A stretch of 64,000 bases of DNA, from the NCBI GenBank assembly GCA_030390025.1, contig CM059431.1, positions 122,886,001-122,950,000 on the forward strand. Reading direction: 5' to 3'. The notes under the pieces are model-generated. The model was not told the DNA's origin and made no database searches. It saw nothing but the letters and a program-made list of their open reading frames with translations. Positions 48,101-61,957 of this stretch are shown one piece after another. Position 1 is the first letter of the stretch, and every line of letters starts with the position of its first letter. Made by a program: the position numbers and the translations under genes. The DNA is from Squalus acanthias (taxonomy: Eukaryota).

Positions 48101-51100
48101 AGATTTCTGCGTGTTTGCCTGAGGTAGATTTCTGCGAACTCGACTGAGCTAGATTTCTGTGTACTTGCCTGAGCTAGATTTCTGCATGTTTGCCTGAGCT
48201 AGATTTCTGCATGTTTGCCTGAGCTAGATTTCTGCATGTTCGCCTGAGGTAGATTTCTGCGTGTTCGTCTGAGGTAGATTTCTGTGTGTTCGCCTGAGGT
48301 AGATTTCTGCGAACTCGCCTGTAGTAGATTTCTGTGTGTTCGCCTGAGGTAGATTTCGGTGTGTTCGCCTGAGGTAGATTTCTGCGAACTCGCCTGTGGT
48401 AGATTTCTGTGTGTTCGCCTGAGGTAGATTTCTGCGAACTCGCCTGTGGTAGATTTCTGTGTGTTCGCCTGAGGTAGATTTCTGCGAACTCGCCTGAGGT
48501 AGATTTCTGCATGTTTGACTGAGGTAAGTTTCTGCGTAGTCTCCTGAGGTAGATTTCTGCGTGTTCACTTGAGGTAGATATCTGTGTACTCGCCTGAGCT
48601 AGATTTCTGCATGTTCACCTGAGGTAGATATCTGTGTACTTGCCTGAGGTAGATTTCTGCATGTTCGCCTGAGGTAGATTTCTGCGTGTTCACTTGAGGT
48701 AGATTTCTGCGAACTTGCCTGAGGTAGATTTCTGCATGTTCACCTGAGGTAGATATCTGTGTACTTGCCTGAGGTAGATTTCTGTATGTTCACCTGAGGT
48801 AGATATCTGTGTACTCGCCTGAGCTAGATTTCTGCATGTTCGCCTGAGGTAGATTTCGGTGTGTTCGCCTGAGGTAGATTTCTGCATGTTCGCCTGAGGT
48901 AGATTTCTGCGTGTTTGCCTGAGGTAGATTTCTGCGTACTCGCCTGAGGTAGATTTCTGCGTGTTTGCCTGATTTAGATTTCTGTGTGTTCGCCTGAGGT
49001 AGATTTCTGCGTGTTTGCCTGATTTAGATTTCTGTGTGTTCGCCTGAGGTAGATTTCTGCGTGTTTGCCTGATTTAGATTTCTTCATATTCGCCTGAGGA
49101 AGATTTCTGCATGTTCACCTGAGGTAGATTTCTGCGAACTCGCCTGAGGTAGATTTCTGCATGTTCGCCTGAGGTAGATTTCTGCGTACTCGACTGAGCT
49201 AGATTTCTGCGAACTCAACTGTGGTAGATTTCTGTGTACTCGCCTGAGGTAGATTTCTGTGTACTCGCCTGAGGTAGATTTCTGCGTACTCGACTGAGCT
49301 AGATTTCTGTGTACTCGCCTGAGGTAGATTTCTGCGTGTTCGCCTGAGGTAGATTTCTGCGTACTCGCCTGAGGTAGATTTCTGCGTACTCGCTTGAGGT
49401 AGATTTCTGCGTACTCGACTGAGCTAGATTTCTGTGTACTCGCCTGAGGTAGATTTCTGCGTACTCGCCTGAGGTAGATTTCTGCCTATTCGCCTGAGGT
49501 AGATTTCTGCATTTTTACCTGAGGTAGATTTCTGCGTGTTCACCTGAGGTAGATTTCTGCGACCTCGCCTGAAGTAGATTTCTGCGTGTTCACCTGAGGT
49601 AGATTTCTGCGAACTCGCCTGAGGTAGATTTCTGTGTGTTCACCTGAGGAAGATTTCTGCGAACTCGCCTGAGGTAGATTTCTGCGTGTTCACCTGAGGA
49701 AGATTTCTGCGAACTCGCCTGAGGTAGATTTCTGCGAACTCGCCTGAGGTAGATTTCTGCGTACTCTTCTGAGGTAGATTTCTGCGTGTTCACCTGAGGT
49801 AGATTTCTGCGAACTCGCCTGAGGTAGATTTCTGCAAACTCGACTGTGGTAGATTCTGCGAACTCGCCTGAGGTAGATTTCTGCAAACTCGACTGTGGTA
49901 GATTCTGCGACCTCGCCTGAAGTAGATTTCTGCAAACTCGACTGTGGTAGATTCTGCGAACTCGCCTGAGGTAGATTTCTGCGAACTCGACTGTGGTAGA
50001 TTTCTGCGTACTCGCCTGAGGTAGATTTCTGCGTACTCGACTGAGCTAGATTTCTGCGTACTCGCCTGAGGTAGATTTCTGCTTGTTCGCCTGAGGTAGA
50101 TTTCTGCATTTTTACCTGAGGTAGATTTCTGCGTGTTCACCTGAGGTAGATTTCTGCGACCTCGCCTGAAGTAGATTTCTGCGTGTTCACCTGAGGTAGA
50201 TTTCTGCGAACTCGCCTGAGGTAGATTTCTGCGAACTCGCCTGAGGTAGATTTCTGCGAACTCGCCTGAGGTAGATTTCTGCGTACTCTTCTGAGGTAGA
50301 TTTCTGCGAACTCGCCTGAGGTAGATTTCTGCGACCTCGCCTGAAGTAGATTTCTGCAAACTCGACTGTGGTAGATTTCTGCGTGTTCGCCTGAGGTAGA
50401 TTCTGCGAACTCGCCTGAGGAAGATTTCTGCGAACTCGACTGTGGTAGATTTCTGCGTACTCGCCTGAGGAAGATTTCTGCGTACTCGACTGTGGTAGAT
50501 TTCTGCGAACTCGCCTGAGGTAGATTTCTGCGTACTCGCCTGAGGAAGATTTCTGCGTACTTGACTGTGGTAGATTTCTGCGAACTCGCCTGAGGAAGAT
50601 TTCTGCGAACTCGACTGTGGTAGATTTCTGCGAACTCGACTGAGGAAGATTTCTGCGAACTCGACTGTGGTAGATTTCTGCGTACTCGCCTGAGGAAGAT
50701 TTCTGCGAACTCGACTGTGGTAGATTTCTGCGAACTCGCCTGAGGTAGATTTCTGCGTATTCGCCTAAGGTTGATTCTGCGACCTCGCCTGAGTTAGATT
50801 TCTGCGTGTTTGCCTAAGGTTGATTTCTGCGTACTCGCCCGAGGTAGATTTCAGCATACTCGCCTGAGGTAGATTTCTGCGAACTCGCCTGAGGTAGATT
50901 ATGCATGTTTGCCTGAGGTAGATTTCTGCGTGTTTGCCTGAGGTAGATTTCTGCGTGTTTGCCTGAGGTAGATTTCTGCATGTTCGCCTGTGGTAGATTT
51001 CTGCGTGTTTGCCTGAGTTAGATTTCTGCGTGTTTGCCTGAGTTATGTTTCTGCGTACTCGTCTGAGGTAGATTTCCGTGTTCTCGCCTGACGTAGATTT

Positions 51101-54100
51101 CTGCCTACTGGCCTGAGGTAGATTTCTGCATGTTCACCTGAGTTACATTTCTACGAACTCACCTGAGGTCTATATCTTCATGTTTTCCTGAGGTAGATTT
51201 CTGCCTACTCGCCTGAGGTAGATTTCTGCCTACTCGCCTGAGGTAGATTTCTGCCTACTCGCCTGAGGTAGATTTCTGCCTACTCGCCTGAGGTAGATTT
51301 CTGCCTACTCGCCTGAGGTAGATTTCTGCCTACTCGCCTGAGGTAGATTTCTGCCTACTCGCCTGAGGTAGATTTTTGCGTGTTCGCCTGAGGTAGATTT
51401 CTATGCACTTGCCTGAGTTAGATTTCTGCATGTTCGCCTGAGGTAGATTTCTATGTACTCGCCTGAGGTAGATTTCTGTGTACTTGCCTGAGGTAGATTT
51501 CTGCATGTTTGCCTGAGGTAGATTTCTTCATGTTCGCCTGAGGTAGATTTCTGCGTGTTTGCCTGAGGTAGATTTCTGCATGTTTGCCTGAGGTAGATTT
51601 CTTCATGTTCGCCTGAGGTAGATTTCTGCGGTTTGCCTGAGGTAGATTTCTGCGTACTCGCCTGAGGTAGATTTCTGCGTGTTTGCCTGAGGTAGATTTC
51701 TGCGTGTTTGCCTGAGTTATGTTTCTGCGTACTCATCTGAGGTAGATTTCCGTGTTCTCGCCTGAGGTAGATTTCTGCCTACTGGCCTGAGGTAGATTTC
51801 TTCATGTTCGCCTGAGGTAGATATCTGCGACCTCGCCTGAGGTAGATTTCTGCGTGTTTGCCTGAGGTAGATTTCTGCATGTTCGCCTGTGATAGATTTC
51901 TGCATGTTCGCCTGTGATAGATTTCTGCATGTTCGCCTGTGGTAGATTTCTGCGTGTTTGCATGAGTTAGATTTCTGCTTACTCGCCTGAGGTAGATTGC
52001 TGCGTACTCGCCTGAGGTCGCTTTCTGCAAACTCACCTGAGGTAGATTTCCGTGTTCTCGTCTGACGTAGATTTTTGCATACTGGCCTGAGGTAGATATC
52101 TGCGTGTTCGCCTGAGGTAGATTTCTGCGTACTCGCCTGAGGTAGATTTCTGCGAACTCGCCTGAGGTAGATTTCTGCGTACTCGCCTGAGGTAGATTTC
52201 TGCGAACTCGCCTGAGGTAGATTTCTGCGTGTTTGCGTGAGGTCTATTTCTGTATGTTCGCCTGAGGTCGATTTCTGCATGTTCGCCTGTGGTAGATTTC
52301 TGCGTGTTTGCCTGAGTTAGATTTCTGCTTACTCGCCTGAGGTAGATTTCTGCATACTCGCCTGAGGTCGCTTTCTGCAAACTCACCTGAGGTAGATTTC
52401 CGTGTTCTCGTCTGACGTAGATTTCTGCATACTGGCCTGAGGTAGATATCTGCGTGTTTGCCTGAGGTAGATTTCTGCGTAGTCACCTGAGGTAGATTTC
52501 TGGGAAGTTGCCTGAGGTAGATTTCTGCGTAGTCACCTGAGGTAGATTTCTGGGAAGTTGCCTGAGGTAGATTTCTGCGTAGTCACCTGAGGTAGATTTC
52601 TGCGTGATCGCCTGAGGTAGATTTCTGAGAAGTTGCCTGAGGTAGATTTCTGCGTAGTCACCTGAGGTAGATTTCTGCATGCTCCCCTGCGGTAGATTTC
52701 TGCATGCTCGCCTGAGGTTGATTTCTGTGTGCTCACCTGAGGTAGATTTCTGCATGCTCGCCTGAGGTAGATTTCTGCATGCTCACCTGAGGTAGATTTC
52801 TGCATACTCGCCTGAGGTAGATTTCTGCATGCTCACCTGAGGTAGATTTCTGCGTGTTCGCCTGAGGTAGATTTCTGCTAGTTCGCCTGAGGTACATTTC
52901 TTCGAACTCGCCTGAGGTATATTTCTGCATGTTCGCCTGAGGTAGATTTCTGCCTACTCGCCTGAGGTAGATTTCTGCATGCTCACCTGGGGTAGATTTC
53001 TGTGTACTTTCCTGAGGTAGATTTCTGCGTACTCGCCTGAAGTAGATTTCTGCGTACTCGCCTGAGGTAGATTTCAGCATACTCGCCTGAGGTAGATTTC
53101 TGCGTGTTTGCCTGAGGTAGATTTTTGCATTTTTACCTGAGGTAGATTTCTGCCTACTCGCCTGAGTTAGATTTCTGCATGCTCACCTGAGGTAGATTTC
53201 TGTGTACTTTCCTGAGGTAGATTTCTGCGTATTCGCCTGAAGTAGATTTCTGCGTACTCGCCTGATGTAGATTTCTGCATGCTCACCTGCGGTAGATTTC
53301 TGTGTACTTTCCTGAGGTAGATTTCTGCCTACTCGCCTGAGGTAGATTTCTGCGTACTCGCCTGAGGTTGCTTTCTGCAAACTCACCTGATCGATCTCTG
53401 CGTTCACACCTGACGTAGATTTCTGCGTACTGGCCTGCGGTAGATTTCTGCGTGTTCGCCTGCGGTAGATTTCTGCGTGTTCCCATGAGGTAGATTTCTG
53501 CGAACGCACCTGAGGTAGATTTCTGCGTGTTCGCCTGAGGTAGATTTCTACATGTTCGCCTGTGGTAGATTTTGCGTGTTTGCCTGTGTTTGATTTCAGC
53601 TTACTCGCCTGAGGTAGATTTCCGCGTACTCGCCTGAGGTCGCTTTCTGCAAACTCACCTGAGGTAGATTTCTGATAGTTCGCCTGCGGTAGATTTCTGC
53701 GTGTTCGCCTGAGGTAGATTTCTGCAAACTCACCTGAGGTATATTTCTGCGTTCTCGCCTGACGTAGATTTCTGCGTACTGGCCTGAGTTAGATTTCTGC
53801 GTGTTCCCATGAGGTAGATTTCTGCGTGTTCGCCTTAGGTAGATTTCTGGGAACTCGCCTGAGGTAGATTTCTGCGTACTCCCCTGAGGTAGATTTCTGC
53901 GTACTCGCCTGAATAAGATTTCTGTGTACTCGCCTGAGATAGATTTCGGTGTACTCGCCTGAGGTAGATTTCTGCTTGTTCACCTGAGGTAGATTTCTGC
54001 GAACTCGCCTGAGGTAGATTTCTGCATGTTCGCCTGAGGTAGATTTCTGCGTACTCGACTGAGGTAGATTTCTGCATGTTCGCCTGAGGTAGATTTCTGC

Positions 54101-57100
54101 GTACTCGACTGAGCTAGATTTCTGCGAACTCAACTGTGGTAGATTTCTGTGTACTCGCCTGAGGTAGATTTCTGTGTACTCGCCTGAGGTAGATTTCTGC
54201 GTACTCGACTGAGCTAGATTTCTGTGTACTCGCCTGAGGTAGATTTCTGCGTGTTCGCCTGAGGTAGATTTCTGCGTACTCGCCTGAGGTAGATTTCTGC
54301 GTACTCGCTTGAGGTAGATTTCTGCGTACTCGACTGAGCTAGATTTCTGTGTACTCGCCTGAGGTAGATTTCTGCGTACTCGCCTGAGGTAGATTTCTGC
54401 CTATTCGCCTGAGGTAGATTTCTGCATTTTTACCTGAGGTAGATTTCTGCGTGTTCACCTGAGGTAGATTTCTGCGACCTCGCCTGAAGTAGATTTCTGC
54501 GTGTTCACCTGAGGTAGATTTCTGCGAACTCGCCTGAGGTAGATTTCTGTGTGTTCACCTGAGGAAGATTTCTGCGAACTCGCCTGAGGTAGATTTCTGC
54601 GTGTTCACCTGAGGAAGATTTCTGCGAACTCGCCTGAGGTAGATTTCTGCGAACTCGCCTGAGGTAGATTTCTGCGTACTCTTCTGAGGTAGATTTCTGC
54701 GTGTTCACCTGAGGTAGATTTCTGCGAACTCGCCTGAGGTAGATTTCTGCAAACTCGACTGTGGTAGATTCTGCGAACTCGCCTGAGGTAGATTTCTGCG
54801 AACTCGACTGTGGTAGATTTCTGCGTACTCGCCTGAGGTAGATTTCTGCGTACTCGACTGAGCTAGATTTCTGCGTACTCGCCTGAGGTAGATTTCTGCC
54901 TATTCGCCTGAGGTAGATTTCTGCATTTTTACCTGAGGTAGATTTCTGCGTGTTCACCTGAGGTAGATTTCTGCGACCTCGCCTGAAGTAGATTTCTGCG
55001 TGTTCACCTGAGGTAGATTTCTGCGAACTCGCCTGAGGTAGATTTCTGCGAACTCGCCTGAGGTAGATTTCTGCGAACTCGCCTGAGGTAGATTTCTGCG
55101 TACTCTTCTGAGGTAGATTTCTGCGAACTCGCCTGAGGTAGATTTCTGCGACCTCGCCTGAAGTAGATTTCTGCAAACTCGACTGTGGTAGATTTCTGCG
55201 TGTTCGCCTGAGGTAGATTCTGCGAACTCGCCTGAGGAAGATTTCTGCGAACTCGACTGTGGTAGATTTCTGCGTACTCGCCTGAGGAAGATTTCTGCGT
55301 ACTCGACTGTGGTAGATTTCTGCGAACTCGCCTGAGGTAGATTTCTGCGTACTCGCCTGAGGAAGATTTCTGCGTACTTGACTGTGGTAGATTTCTGCGA
55401 ACTCGCCTGAGGAAGATTTCTGCGAACTCGACTGTGGTAGATTTCTGCGAACTCGACTGAGGAAGATTTCTGCGAACTCGACTGTGGTAGATTTCTGCGT
55501 ACTCGCCTGAGGAAGATTTCTGCGAACTCGACTGTGGTAGATTTCTGCGAACTCGCCTGAGGTAGATTTCTGCGTATTCGCCTAAGGTTGATTCTGCGAC
55601 CTCGCCTGAGTTAGATTTCTGCGTGTTTGCCTAAGGTTGATTTCTGCGTACTCGCCCGAGGTAGATTTCAGCATACTCGCCTGAGGTAGATTTCTGCGAA
55701 CTCGCCTGAGGTAGATTATGCATGTTTGCCTGAGGTAGATTTCTGCGTGTTTGCCTGAGGTAGATTTCTGCGTGTTTGCCTGAGGTAGATTTCTGCATGT
55801 TCGCCTGTGGTAGATTTCTGCGTGTTTGCCTGAGTTAGATTTCTGCGTGTTTGCCTGAGTTATGTTTCTGCGTACTCGTCTGAGGTAGATTTCCGTGTTC
55901 TCGCCTGACGTAGATTTCTGCCTACTGGCCTGAGGTAGATTTCTGCATGTTCACCTGAGTTACATTTCTACGAACTCACCTGAGGTCTATATCTTCATGT
56001 TTTCCTGAGGTAGATTTCTGCCTACTCGCCTGAGGTAGATTTCTGCCTACTCGCCTGAGGTAGATTTCTGCCTACTCGCCTGAGGTAGATTTCTGCCTAC
56101 TCGCCTGAGGTAGATTTCTGCCTACTCGCCTGAGGTAGATTTCTGCCTACTCGCCTGAGGTAGATTTCTGCCTACTCGCCTGAGGTAGATTTTTGCGTGT
56201 TCGCCTGAGGTAGATTTCTATGCACTTGCCTGAGTTAGATTTCTGCATGTTCGCCTGAGGTAGCTTTCTATGTACTCGCCTGAGGTAGATTTCTGTGTAC
56301 TTGCCTGAGGTAGATTTCTGCATGTTTGCCTGAGGTAGATTTCTTCATGTTCGCCTGAGGTAGATTTCTGCGTGTTTGCCTGAGGTAGATTTCTGCATGT
56401 TTGCCTGAGGTAGATTTCTTCATGTTCGCCTGAGGTAGATTTCTGCGGTTTGCCTGAGGTAGATTTCTGCGTACTCGCCTGAGGTAGATTTCTGCGTGTT
56501 TGCCTGAGGTAGATTTCTGCGTACTCGCCTGAGGTAGATTTCTGCGTGTTTGCCTGAGTTAGATTTCTGCGTGTTTGCCTGAGTTATGTTTCTGCGTACT
56601 CGTCTGAGGTAGATTTCCGTGTTCTCGCCTGACGTAGATTTCTGCCTACTGGCCTGAGGTAGATTTCTGCATGTTCACCTGAGTTACATTTCTACGAACT
56701 CGCCTGAGGTCTATATCTTCATGTTTTCCTGAGGTAGATTTCTGCCTACTCGCCTGAGGTAGATTTCTGCGACCTCGCCTGAGGTAGATTTCTGCGTGTT
56801 TGCCTGTGATAGATTTCTGCATGTTCGCCTGTGGTAGATTTCTGCGTGTTCGCCTGAGGTAGATTTCTGCGTACTCGCCTGAGGTAGATTTCTGCGAACT
56901 CGCCTGAGGTAGATTTCTGCGTACTCGCCTGAGGTAGATTTCTGCGAACTCGCCTGAGGTAGATTTCTGCGTGTTTGCGTGAGGTCTATTTCTGTATGTT
57001 CGCCTGAGGTCGATTTCTGCATGTTCGCCTGTGGTAGATTTCTGCGTGTTTGCCTGAGTTAGATTTCTGCTTACTCGCCTGAGGTAGATTTCTGCATACT

Positions 57101-60100
57101 CGCCTGAGGTCGCTTTCTGCAAACTCACCTGAGGTAGATTTCCGTGTTCTCGTCTGACGTAGATTTCTGCATACTGGCCTGAGGTAGATATCTGCGTGTT
57201 TGCCTGAGGTAGATTTCTGCGTAGTCACCTGAGGTAGATTTCTGGGAAGTTGCCTGAGGTAGATTTCTGCGTAGTCACCTGAGGTAGATTTCTGGGAAGT
57301 TGCCTGAGGTAGATTTCTGCGTAGTCACCTGAGGTAGATTTCTGCGTGATCGCCTGAGGTAGATTTCTGAGAAGTTGCCTGAGGTAGATTTCTGCGTAGT
57401 CACCTGAGGTAGATTTCTGCATGCTCCCCTGCGGTAGATTTCTGCATGCTCGCCTGAGGTTGATTTCTGTGTGCTCACCTGAGGTAGATTTCTGCATGCT
57501 CGCCTGAGGTAGATTTCTGCATGCTCACCTGAGGTAGATTTCTGCATACTCGCCTGAGGTAGATTTCTGCATGCTCACCTGAGGTAGATTTCTGCGTGTT
57601 CGCCTGAGGTAGATTTCTGCTAGTTCGCCTGAGGTACATTTCTTCGAACTCGCCTGAGGTATATTTCTGCATGTTCGCCTGAGGTAGATTTCTGCCTACT
57701 CGCCTGAGGTAGATTTCTGCATGCTCACCTGGGGTAGATTTCTGTGTACTTTCCTGAGGTAGATTTCTGCGTACTCGCCTGAAGTAGATTTCTGCGTACT
57801 CGCCTGAGGTAGATTTCAGCATACTCGCCTGAGGTAGATTTCTGCGTGTTTGCCTGAGGTAGATTTTTGCATTTTTACCTGAGGTAGATTTCTGCCTACT
57901 CGCCTGAGTTAGATTTCTGCATGCTCACCTGAGGTAGATTTCTGTGTACTTTCCTGAGGTAGATTTCTGCGTATTCGCCTGAAGTAGATTTCTGCGTACT
58001 CGCCTGATGTAGATTTCTGCATGCTCACCTGCGGTAGATTTCTGTGTACTTTCCTGAGGTAGATTTCTGCCTACTCGCCTGAGGTAGATTTCTGCGTACT
58101 CGCCTGAGGTTGCTTTCTGCAAACTCACCTGATCGATCTCTGCGTTCACACCTGACGTAGATTTCTGCGTACTGGCCTGCGGTAGATTTCTGCGTGTTCG
58201 CCTGCGGTAGATTTCTGCGTGTTCCCATGAGGTAGATTTCTGCGAACGCACCTGAGGTAGATTTCTGCGTGTTCGCCTGAGGTAGATTTCTACATGTTCG
58301 CCTGTGGTAGATTTTGCGTGTTTGCCTGTGTTTGATTTCAGCTTACTCGCCTGAGGTAGATTTCCGCGTACTCGCCTGAGGTCGCTTTCTGCAAACTCAC
58401 CTGAGGTAGATTTCTGATAGTTCGCCTGCGGTAGATTTCTGCGTGTTCGCCTGAGGTAGATTTCTGCAAACTCACCTGAGGTATATTTCTGCGTTCTCGC
58501 CTGACGTAGATTTCTGCGTACTGGCCTGAGTTAGATTTCTGCGTGTTCCCATGAGGTAGATTTCTGCGTGTTCGCCTTAGGTAGATTTCTGGGAACTCGC
58601 CTGAGGTAGATTTCTGCGTACTCCCCTGAGGTAGATTTCTGCGTACTCGCCTGAATAAGATTTCTGTGTACTCGCCTGAGATAGATTTCGGTGTACTCGC
58701 CTGAGGTAGATTTCTGCTTGTTCGCCTGAGGTAGATTTCTGCGTTTTCACCTGAGGTAGATTTCTGCATGTTCACCTGAGGTAGATTTCTGCATACTCCC
58801 CTGAGGTAGATTTCTGCGTACTCGCCTGAATAAGATTTCTGTGTACTCGCCTGAGGTAGATTTCTGCATACTCTCCTGAGGTAGATTTCTGCTTGTTCGC
58901 CTGAGGTAGATTTCTGCGTGTTCACCTGAGGTAGATTTCTGCGTACTCGCCAGAGGTAGATTTCAGCGTGTTCACCTGAGGTAGATTTCTGCAAACTCTC
59001 CTGAGGTAGATTTCTGCGTGTTCGCCTGAGGTAGATTTCTGCATGTTCGCCTGTGTTAGATTTCTGCTTACTCGCCTGAGGTAGATTTCTGCGTGTTCGC
59101 CTGAGGTAGATTTCTGCATGTTCGCCTGTGGTAGATTTCTGCAAACTCTCCTGATGTAGATATCTGCGTGTTCCCATGAGGTAGATTTCTGCATGCTTGC
59201 CTGAGGTAGATTTCTGCGTTTCGCCTGAGGTAGATTTCTGTATGTTCGCCTAAAGTAGATTTCTGCGTACTTGCCTGAGATAGATTTTGGTGTACTCTCC
59301 TGAGGTAGATTTCTGCGTGTTCCCCTGAGGTAGATTTCTGCGTGTTCGCCTGAGCTAGATTTCTGTCTACTCTCCTGAGGTAGATTTCTGCGTTCTCGCC
59401 TGACGTAGATTTCTGCGTACTGGCCTGTGGTAGATATCTGCGTGTTCGCATGAGGTAGATTTCTGCGTACTCCCCTGGGTTAGATTTCTGCGTGTTCCCA
59501 TGAGGTAGATTTCTGCGTACTCCCCTGAGTTAGATTTCTGCGTACTCGCCTTAGGTAGATTTCTGGGAACTCGCCTGAGGTAGATTTCTGCGTACTCCCC
59601 TGAGTTAGATTTCTGCGTACTCGCCTTAGGTAGATTTCTGGGAACTCCCCTGAGGTAGATTTCTGCGTATTCGCCTGAAGTAGATTTCTGCGTACTCGCC
59701 TGATGTAGATTTCTGCATGCTCACCTGCGGTAGATTTCTGTGTACTTTCCTGAGGTAGATTTCTGCCTACTCGCCTGAGGTAGATTTCTGCGTACTCGCC
59801 TGAGGTTGCTTTCTGCAAACTCACCTGAGGTAGATCTCTGCGTTCACACCTGACGTAGATTTCTGCGTACTGGCCTGCGGTAGATTTCTGCGTGTTCGCC
59901 TGCGGTAGATTTCTGCGTGTTCCCATGAGGTAGATTTCTGCGAACGCACCTGAGGTAGATTTCTGCGTGTTCGCCTGAGGTAGATTTCTGCATGTTCGCC
60001 TGTGGTAGATTTTGCGTGTTTGCCTGTGTTTGATTTCAGCTTACTCGCCTGAGGTAGATTTCCGCGTACTCGCCTGCGGTCGCTTTCTGCAAACTCACCT

Positions 60101-61652
60101 GAGGTAGATTTCTGCGTGTTCGCCTGCGGTAGATTTCTGCGTGTTCGCCTGAGGTAGATTTCTGCAAACTCACCTGAGGTATATTTCTGCGTTCTCGCCT
60201 GACGTAGATTTCTGCGTACTGGCCTGAGTTAGATTTCTGCGTGTTCCCATGAGGTAGATTTCTGCGTGTTCGCCTTAGGTGGATTTCTGGGAACTCGCCT
60301 GAGGTAGATTTCTGCGTACTCCCCTGAGGTAGATTTCTGCGTACTCGCCTGAATAAGATTTCTGTGTACTCGCCTGAGATAGATTTCGGTGTACTCGCCT
60401 GAGGTAGATTTCTGCTTGTTCGCCTGAGGTAGATTTCTGCGTGTTCACCTGAGGTAGATTTCTACGTGTTCACCTGAGGTAGATTTCTGCATGTTCACCT
60501 GAGGTAGATTTCTGCATACTCCCCTGAGGTAGATTTCTGCGTACTCGCCTGAATAAGATTTCTGTGTACTCGCCTGAGGTAGATTTCTGCATACTCTCCT
60601 GAGGTAGATTTCTGCGTGTTCACCTGAGGTAGATTTCTGCATGTTCACCTGAGGTAGATTTCTGCATACTCGCCAGAGGTAGATTTCAGCGTGTTCACCT
60701 GAGGTAGATTTCTGCAAACTCTCCTGAGGTAGATTTCTGCGTGTTCGCCTGAGGTAGATTTCTGCATGTTCGCCTGTGTTAGATTTCTGCTTACTCGCCT
60801 GAGGTAGATTTCTGCGTACTCGCCTTAGGTAGATTTCTGGGAACTCCCCTGAGGTAGATTTCTGGGAACTCCCCTGAGGTAGATTTCTGCGTGTTCCCCT
60901 GAGGTAGATTTCTGCGTGTTCCCCTGAGGTAGATTTCTGCATGCTCGCCTGAGGAAGATTTCTGCGTTTCGCCTGAGGTAGATTTCTGTATGTTCGCCTA
61001 AAGTAGATTTCTGCGTACTCGCCTGAATTAGATTTCTGCGTACTCGCCTGAGATAGATTTCGGTGTAGTCGCCTGAGGTAGATTTCTGCGTGTTCGCCTG
61101 AGCTAGATTTATGCCTACTCTCCTGAGGTAGATTTCTGCGTACTCTCCTGAGGTAGATTTCTGCGTAATCGCCTGAGGTAGATTTCTGCGTGTTCGCCTG
61201 TGGTAGATTTCTGCGTGTTTGCCTGTGTTAGATTTCTGCTTACTCGCCTGAGGTAGATTTCTGCTTACTCGCCTGAGGTAGATTTCTGCATACTCCCCTG
61301 AGGTAGATTTCTGCGTACTCGCCTGAATTAGATTTCTGTGTACTCGCCTGAGATAGATTTCGGTGTACTCGCCTGAGGTAGATTTCTGCTTGTTCGCCTG
61401 AGGTAGATTTCTGCGTGTTCACCTGAGGTAGATTTCTGTGTACTCGCCTGAATTACTTTTCTGCGTACTTGCCTGAGGTAGATTTCTGCGTGTTCCCCAT
61501 AGGTAGATTTCTGCGTGTTCGCCTGAGGTAGATTTCTGCGTGTTCGCCTGAGGTCAATTTCTGCGTTTTCGCCTGCGGTTGATTTCTGCATGTTCGCCTG
61601 AGGTAGATTTTTGCGTGTTTGCCTGAGGTAGATTTCTGCGTGCTCGCCTGAG
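45197..61652. repeat. 25-bp satellite, ~16.5 kb (~660 monomers), consensus CCTGAGGTAGATTTCTGCGTACTCG
   Basis: Continuous tandem array with a conserved 17-mer and a variable octamer, plus higher-order duplications. Confidence 0.98.
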
Positions 61653-61957
61653 ACAGAGTAAGTTGCCAGTTGCTCATTGCAAATTTGCGGGCCCGCTGTC
61701 CAATATTTTCCAAAGAAACTCATGGACTATGAGCTGTTTCATTGGGGGTGGGCTCTCGGAAAACCTACCTTAAAATGTTAACTTCTCTTTCCCTATCAAC
61801 TGCTGACTGACTTGCTGTGATTTCCAATATTTTCTTTTTTTATTAAAATGCCTGTTGATGTCCCAGGAGGTGGACCCGGGGAGTCTTGTCTTGACCAGGT
61901 GTAGTCTTTAGGTGATGTGAGGTCAGAGGGTGGAGCACAACTGCACCAAATTACATA

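Noticed and set aside
45197..61652. CRISPR-like array (constant 17-mer plus variable 8-mer)
   Set aside because: Variable parts are too short, are mutational variants of one sequence and recur. No cas genes, and the context is eukaryotic.
45440..61723. Many minus-strand ORFs with QKSTSGE/EIYLRR/RNLPQ repeats
   Set aside because: The monomer has no stop in any minus-strand frame, so ORFs arise automatically. 24-bp units shift frames and CpG decay adds random stops.
44950..61775. Transposon with TIRs enclosing the satellite
   Set aside because: No convincing inverted repeats or TSD found by eye in the flanks.
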